From the NCBI GenBank assembly GCA_951406725.2, contig OX597837.1, positions 36,146,001 to 36,210,000 of the forward strand: 64,000 nucleotides of DNA, given 5' to 3'. The DNA comes from Octopus vulgaris (lineage: Eukaryota). The notes beneath the pieces were generated by a model that saw only the letters and a list, made by a program, of their open reading frames with translations, did not search any database and was not told where the DNA came from. Shown one piece after another: positions 56,251-64,000 of the stretch (the first letter of the stretch is position 1; the number at the start of each line of letters is the position of its first letter). Both the position numbers and the translations under genes were made by a program.

Positions 56251-57007
56251 AATAGATATAGCTCTCTCTCTTTCCCTCTCTCTCTCTCTCCCACACCCTC
56301 TCTCACTCCCACACCCTTTCTCTCCCACACCCTCTCTCTCCCATACCCTCTCTCCCATACCTCCCCCCTCTCCCTCCCCCTCTCTCTTCTCCCTCTCATC
56401 GTCCGATTACTCTCTCAGCGTTGGTATTTCTCCCTGCCCTGTCGTATACGTTTTATGTCACGTTTATATTCCAATGTCGGCCCTGGATATTTTTTGGTTG
56501 GTATTGTTGGGGGTTAACTCCCGCCATAAACATCGAACCCATGCGGGGCGGACTTAGAGGGACGGAGGTGGAAGTGACTGGCGAATTGGTTGCGAAGCAG
56601 ATGATGCGATCTTTGTGGAGTTCGAAGAATGAGCTTCCTTTGGCCAATGCAATAATGGTTATTGGTGTATTTGACCGAGAATGGCTGAAGAGAATGGGAC
56701 GACGACGACGACGACGGCGAAGAAGCAGAAGCAGAAGAAGAAGAGGAAGAAGATGATGATGATGATGAAGATGATGATGATGATGATGATGATAATGGTG
56801 ATGATGATGATGATGATGAAGAAGATGATGATGATGATGATGATGATGATGAAGAAGAAGACGATGATGATGATGATGGTGGTGGTGGTGGTGGTGATGA
56901 TGAGGATGATAATGAAGAAGAGGATGATGATGATAATGAAGAAGAGGATGATGATGATGATGATGATGGTGGTGGTGCTGGTGATGATGATGATGATGAT
57001 GAAGAAG

Positions 57008-57038
<31 letters not shown>

Positions 57039-57075
57039 AGAAGAAGATAATGATGATGAAGAAGAAGAAAAAGAA

Positions 57076-57116
<41 letters not shown>

Positions 57117-57136
57117 CGGCGGCGTCGACGACGATA

Positions 57137-57170
<34 letters not shown>

Positions 57171-57618
57171 CAGTCATCATCATGATGACAATGATGATGA
57201 TTATGATGATGAAGATAGAGACTACCATTATGATGATGATGATGATGATGATGATGCTATCCATCATTGCACACCCACGCAACTGACCACCCCCATCCCC
57301 CGACACCTCCCTATATAAATATCCTCTTTTATTTCACTTCACTTTTTTGTTCTTCTCAAATCCTAGAAAATTTGGACAATCAAATTAAATGGAGCCTAAT
57401 TTCCGCTGTCTTTCTTTTCATCTTGTTGTTGTTGTTGCGGTGGAGAGGTTGTGATGGTGATGGTGATGGTGGTGGTGGTGGTCGTGGTGGTGGTGGTGGT
57501 GGTAGTGATAAATATGTTACGGTTGTAGTAATTGTTGTTGTTGCTGTTGTTGGTGGATGTGGTGGCGATGATGATGGCGGTGGTGGCGGTAGTGGTGATG
57601 AGGATGATGTTGATGATA

Positions 57619-57649
<31 letters not shown>

Positions 57650-57749
57650 CGATGATGATCATGGTGATGATAATGGTTGTGGTGGGGGTGATAGTAGTTG
57701 TATTGATGTATATGTTGATGGCAGATGTGAGAAACTTATTGCAACAGCT

Positions 57750-57817
<68 letters not shown>

Positions 57818-58914
57818 TGTTGTTGTTACTGTTGCTGCTGCTATTGTTGTTATAGTGGTGATGGCGGCGTCGGCGGTGGTGGTGGTGGTTGTGGTGGTGG
57901 TGGTGGTGGTGGTGGTGGTAGTGGTGGTGGTGGTGGTGGTGGTGGTGGTGGTGGTGGTGGTTATGACAACAGCAACGTTGGTGGTGGTGATGTTGGTACT
58001 GGTGTTGTCAGTTGGTACTGGTGATAGTGTTGCTGCTGCTGTTGTTGTTGTTACTGTTGTTCTTGTTCTTGTTGTTTTTGATAATGATTACGAAGATTGT
58101 TATACGCTACAAGGACATCTGATGAAGTGGTAACAAAGTTTGGGCGTTTACATAAAAACTAGATGAGGATAAATAAAGCCGGAACGAGACTCTTAAAAAA
58201 ACATATTTTGTACAAGTATTTGAAAGATACTGTCCTCCTGACACAGAAGGAGCTCCAGCTAGAGCCATTCAAAGTTCCCCAGAAATCGAACATCCCCCTG
58301 AACACCAAGGCTGAGTACCTTTTCCTAATTTTTGTTCTACGATCTGTGGGCATGTTTACAGTAATACGATCCACACTTACTATGTTAGCCATTGATATGC
58401 ACTTTTTGACAAATCCAGTGAAGAAAACCAGGCCCTATCACCCTCACTTTCTTTTTGCAGGTGCAGTTTAAAAACGAAATGAGCTCCAGCTGGGGTCATT
58501 CAAGCTACCCCACAGATCCAACATTACCCTAAACACCAAAGTTTTCGTACTTTCTGTTCTATGATTTATGTGTGCATGCTTAGAATAGTGCGATCCACAC
58601 TTATTATTTTAACCGGCGAGGACTTGACCGGAGTGGAAAACGTCTGTACTTAATCTTTCAGCCTTGTCTACCACACAAACTCTTTTGAGATAGCTACTAA
58701 ACAGGGGGAAAAGTGCTTAACCGATTAACAGAGGGAAGTTCGACAAACTTTACAACGGATTTGGATCTGCTGGCCTATAGAGAAGCGGTTACCAATCGTT
58801 TTGTGCATCACGGACTCCTTTCACGCAAGACAATTTTCCCGCGGGCCTTCGGATTACCAACATAACAAAACACAATGAAGTACATTATATATTATTTAAT
58901 TATTCCATATAGTG

Positions 58915-59046
58915 GGAGTAGTCTCTTCGCCGGTCTGCAGTTGTTTGTGAAGAGTGCCTCTCAGAGCTGGTTCGGCCGGCTGCGAGATCCTCCCAGGAAT
59001 TGGTGTTGATGCCAAGTGCCTTCATGCCCCTCCTGCACACGTCACG
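58915..59046 (-). mobile_element. RTE/BovB-like LINE fragment
   Basis: Minus translation RDVCRRGMKALGINTNSWEDLAAGRTS..(fs)TLHKQLQTGEE. Confidence 0.7.
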
Positions 59047-59054
59047 TTATTATT

Positions 59055-59102
<48 letters not shown>

Positions 59103-59581
59103 GTCATCATCATCATCATCATCGTCATCGTCATCATCGTCATCATCATCATCATCGTCATCATCATCATCGTCATCGTCATCATCGTCATCATCATCAT
59201 CGTCATCGTCATCATCGTCATCGTCATCGTCATCATCGTCATCGTCATCATCATCATCGTCATCATCGTCATCATCATCATCGTCATCATCATCATCATC
59301 ATCATCATCATCGTCATCATCACCATCATCATCATCGTCATCATCGTCATCATCATCATCGTCATCATCGTCATCATCATCATCATTCATCATCATCATC
59401 GTCATCATCGTCATCATCATCATCGTCATCATCATCGTCATCATCATCGTCATCATCATCATCGTCATCATCGTCATCGTCATCATCATCATCATCGTCA
59501 TCATCGTCATCGTCATCATCGTCATCGTCATCATCATCGTCATCGTCATCATCATCATCATCATCATCGTCATCATCATCG

Positions 59582-59628
<47 letters not shown>

Positions 59629-59842
59629 GTCATCATCATCGTCATCATCATCATCGTCATCATCATCATCGTCGTCACCATCATCGTCATCGTCATCATC
59701 ATCATCGTCATCATCATCATCATCATCATCGTCGTCATCATCATCGTCATCATCATCATCACCATCACCATCATCATCATCATCGTCATCATCATCGTCA
59801 TCGTCATCATCATCATCATCATCATCATCGTCATCGTCATCG

Positions 59843-59880
<38 letters not shown>

Positions 59881-59911
59881 GTCGTCATCATCATCATCAT
59901 CATCGTCGTCG

Positions 59912-59970
<59 letters not shown>

Positions 59971-59995
59971 GTCGTCGTCACCATCATCGTCATCG

Positions 59996-60045
<50 letters not shown>

Positions 60046-60094
60046 GTCATCGTCATCATCGTCATCGTCATCATCATCATCATCATCATCATCG

Positions 60095-60141
<47 letters not shown>

Positions 60142-60175
60142 GTCGTCATCATCGTCATCGTCATCATCATCATCG

Positions 60176-60223
<48 letters not shown>

Positions 60224-60234
60224 CCATCATCATC
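59055..60234. repeat. (CAT)n/(CGT) trinucleotide array of about 1.2 kb
   Basis: Direct reading; a one-base phase shift near 59386. Confidence 0.97.
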
Positions 60235-60457
60235 ACAGTATTTCTGTCGTTGAATAGAAGGGTGACATCATATAGTTTGTCATTTATTAGATTTTAGTTG
60301 ATTTTTGTTTTTAAAAATGTAATTGATATGGGTGAGGAAATCATTTCTTTTTTAAGTGATCGCTTCCAAGACATTTTCTGGAACCTTCTTGGATATTTCT
60401 TCGATACAAAGAGACGGAAAATAAAAACCAAGATTGGTCTCCTACAGATTTGTTTTT

Positions 60458-60870
60458 AGGCGCAGGAGTGGCTGTGTGGTAAGTAGCTTGCTAACCAACC
60501 ACATGGTTCCGGGTTCAGTCCCACTGCGTGGCACCTTGGGCAAGTGTCTTCTGCTATAGCCCCGGGCCGACCAAAGCCTTGTGAGTGGATTTGGTAGACG
60601 GAAACTGAAAGAAGAAACTGAAAGAAGCCCGTCGTATATATGTATATATATGTGTGTGCGTGTATGTTTGTGTGTCTGTGTTTGTCCCCCTAGCATTGCT
60701 TGACAACCGATGCTGGTGTGTTTACGTCCCCGTCACTTAGCGGTTCGGCAAAAGAGACCGATAGAATAAGTACTGGGCTTACAAAAAGAATACGTCCCGG
60801 GGTCGATTTGCTCGATTAAAGGCGCGGTGCTCCAGCATGGCCGCAGTCAAATGACTGAAACAAGTAAAGA
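60458..60870 (+). mobile_element. tRNA-SINE family A, full-length reference copy
   Basis: GGCGCAGGAGTGGCTGTGTGGTAAG (A-box)..GGTTCAGTCCC (B-box-like)..short (TA)(TG) core..AAACAAGTAAAGA tail. Confidence 0.9.
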
Positions 60871-61176
60871 GGCATTAAATTTTGTGTTTTGTTTAAGCCT
60901 GAAACAAAATAACAAAATGGCTTCCGGTTGGCGGAGGGTTAACGCCTACAAAATATTCAGTTGAAATAACAACAACGACAATATAGAAAAGAAACAAGAA
61001 AAAAACATGAGATACAAATTAATCACAGAGTAAAATGGAAACGCTTTACGAAGAATAAAAATATAATTTATTGGCAGAAAAAGAAAACAGATTGAATTAG
61101 TCTTCAGTAACAAAATAACTAGCGATAACTACACATATGTACAAACGCAAACATTTCTTTGTCGCTCGGCAATAAT

Positions 61177-61196
61177 TCTCTCTCTCTTTCTCTCTC

Positions 61197-61245
<49 letters not shown>

Positions 61246-61363
61246 ATTTCTCTTTCTCTCGCTCTTTCTCTCTCACCCTCTCTCTCTTTCTCTCTCTCTC
61301 TCTTTTCTCTCTTTCTCTCTCTCTTCTCTCTCTCTCTTTCTCTCTCTCTCTTCTCTCTCTCTT

Positions 61364-61402
<39 letters not shown>

Positions 61403-61451
61403 TTCTCCCCCTCTCTCTCTCTTTCTCTCTCTCCCTCTCTCTCTTTCTCTG

Positions 61452-61483
<32 letters not shown>

Positions 61484-61511
61484 TCTTTCTCCCCCTCCCC
61501 CTCTCTCTCTC
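61177..61511. repeat. Polypyrimidine (CT)n tract
   Basis: About 335 bp almost exclusively C/T. Confidence 0.95.
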
Positions 61512-61867
61512 TAATCACACCCGCGCTCGCACACAGTTCGTCAAACGAAAGAATGGATGAAGAGTTCGATCTGAGAACAGAGGGGACTTACCAGATTCCC
61601 TTCTTTCGTTTTTGCAATATCCGGCGGATCTTAGAATCTTTGCGAGCTATTCCCAGAGATGGGTAGGAGACGTTTTGGCGCAGCCGTTCTGACGCCACCT
61701 ATTTGGCGTCACTGATTCGACGCCGATATTTGGCATCAAAGGTCTCAACAATGTTTTCCTCGTTCTCTCCTTCTCCCTCTCCCCTTTCTCCCTCTCTAAA
61801 GTGCGAAAGATTGTTTTAATTTGTACGTCACACAAACTGAGTAGGGGATTACCACCCGAGTAAATAA

Positions 61868-62360
<493 letters not shown>

Positions 62361-62670
62361 AAATATAAACATTCGCGTCCACCGCCCCAACTTTTAAAGA
62401 TAGCTTCTACTTATAACCATACATGAATGGACCTGTCCGCTAACAACGTTACTTCGTTCAACGTTTGGATAAATCAGACATCTGCACTGAAGTTGGCTAC
62501 AGCCAATCCAACTGGACATTCTAGTCATCGACAAATACATGCCAACATCGATATCCTTCTTCAAGCGATGAGTTTCAAGTTTAAAAGATTTCTCTTAATT
62601 AAATCTGCACTCATGTATTACCGTATTTGTGGTCGAGGTATCTATGAACCAACGTATCGATCTGTTTTGG

Positions 62671-62718
<48 letters not shown>

Positions 62719-63117
62719 ATATATATATATATATATATATATCTATATATCTATCTATCTATCTATTGCCTATCTATCTCTCTATCTATCCAGATACACG
62801 ATCCCTATTGATCGTTTTTTTTTCCTCTTCCCCCTTTTTCTTCTTTTTTTCATTTCTCTTTTGTTTGTTCCTTTTCCTTTTTTTCTTTTTTTCTTTTTTG
62901 TTCTTTTTTTCCCTTTTACGATCCCTTTTGATCGAAAACCTACGCCACCTTTTTTTTTTTATTTCTTTTGTCTTTTGTTTTTTGTTTTTTTCATCCCCCA
63001 AAAGAAAAGCTCTACCTTGTAACTTGTCCCATCTGTGTGCAGCCCTGTGTGGCCAATAAAGAAACTTATCTTTCTCTATATATATTTATTTGTCTATCAA
63101 TCTATCCATCTATTTGC

Positions 63118-63208
<91 letters not shown>

Positions 63209-63264
63209 CCATGTATCACGTCCTCGCGTTGTTGTTTTCATGTATTTGTTCTCATTTTGTTTTA

Positions 63265-63312
63265 GTCTCCGATGAAGGGAGATATAAAATGTCCCGGACA
63301 CAGCTGTAAGAC
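63265..63312 (+). ncRNA. Decayed type I hammerhead-like motif
   Basis: GTCT-CCGATGA-AGGGA..TCCCG-GACA-CAGCTG-TA-AGAC: stems I and II and palindromic stem III retained; two core substitutions. Confidence 0.45.
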
Positions 63313-63369
63313 CTTCTTTTTATAATTGTTCTGAAATCTTTCACAGCCTTGGATTTTTATCTCATTCTG

Positions 63370-63449
<80 letters not shown>

Positions 63450-64000
63450 GTCCTGTCTGTCTATCTAACTATCCGTCTGTTTGCCTGGCTGGCTGGCAAG
63501 CTGTTTATCTATCTGCCTACCTGCCTGTCCGTCTATCGTTCTACCTATCATACAAACACATATTCACACATGTTTGTATATACATGTGTATATAAATATT
63601 ATATATATATATATATGCATGCACACACATATGAATGAATATACATATAAATACAGACACACATATCTATATGTATATAGAAAAAATATATATACTGTAT
63701 GTATGCATGTATCTATGTAACTCTCTGTCTCTACGTATATGTGTGTGTGCGTGCGTATGTGTGTTTACATATAGATACATATACATATATCCACACATAT
63801 ATACATGTACACTCACACATACATATATACACATATATACATATATAAACATAAGCATATATATAAATATATATATGTATAAATACATATATATGTATAC
63901 ATATATGCATATATATATATGTGTATATATATATAGATATATATACATACATATATATATACATATATCTATAATACACACACGCACACACGCACATATA

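Noticed and set aside
58119-58140. CTGATGA and CTGACGA hits (also on the minus strand near 7760 and 36255)
   Set aside because: No properly placed stem II/GAAA/stem III, so not hammerheads.
62427-62670. Non-repetitive N-terminus of a 210-aa ORF
   Set aside because: No recognisable homology or splice signals, and the ORF continues into (TATC)n.

Overview
This is AT-rich eukaryotic genomic DNA, very dense in microsatellites, with no confidently identifiable host gene; it is intergenic or lies in a large intron. The repeat landscape (tRNA-derived SINEs, (TA)n/(GATA)n/(TAA)n/(CAT)n arrays) suggests a cephalopod, probably Octopus (inference). Almost all ORFs in the supplied track are translations of simple repeats. 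The interpretable content is a transposon graveyard: three or more tRNA-SINE families (about 35 copies or fragments), RTE and CR1-type LINE 3' ends, five R4/Dong-like LINE fragments with a restriction-like endonuclease (mostly next to (TAA)n), three Penelope-like GIY-YIG fragments, four Tc1/mariner relics, a non-autonomous Helitron and a Merlin-like MITE. The most interesting signals are a core-intact type I hammerhead ribozyme (25014-25090), several decayed minimal hammerheads in short repeats beside microsatellites, a nest of TAA-associated LINEs, a young 177-bp SINE-derived tandem array, and a few unique exon-like islands. All calls were made by eye and boundaries are approximate.
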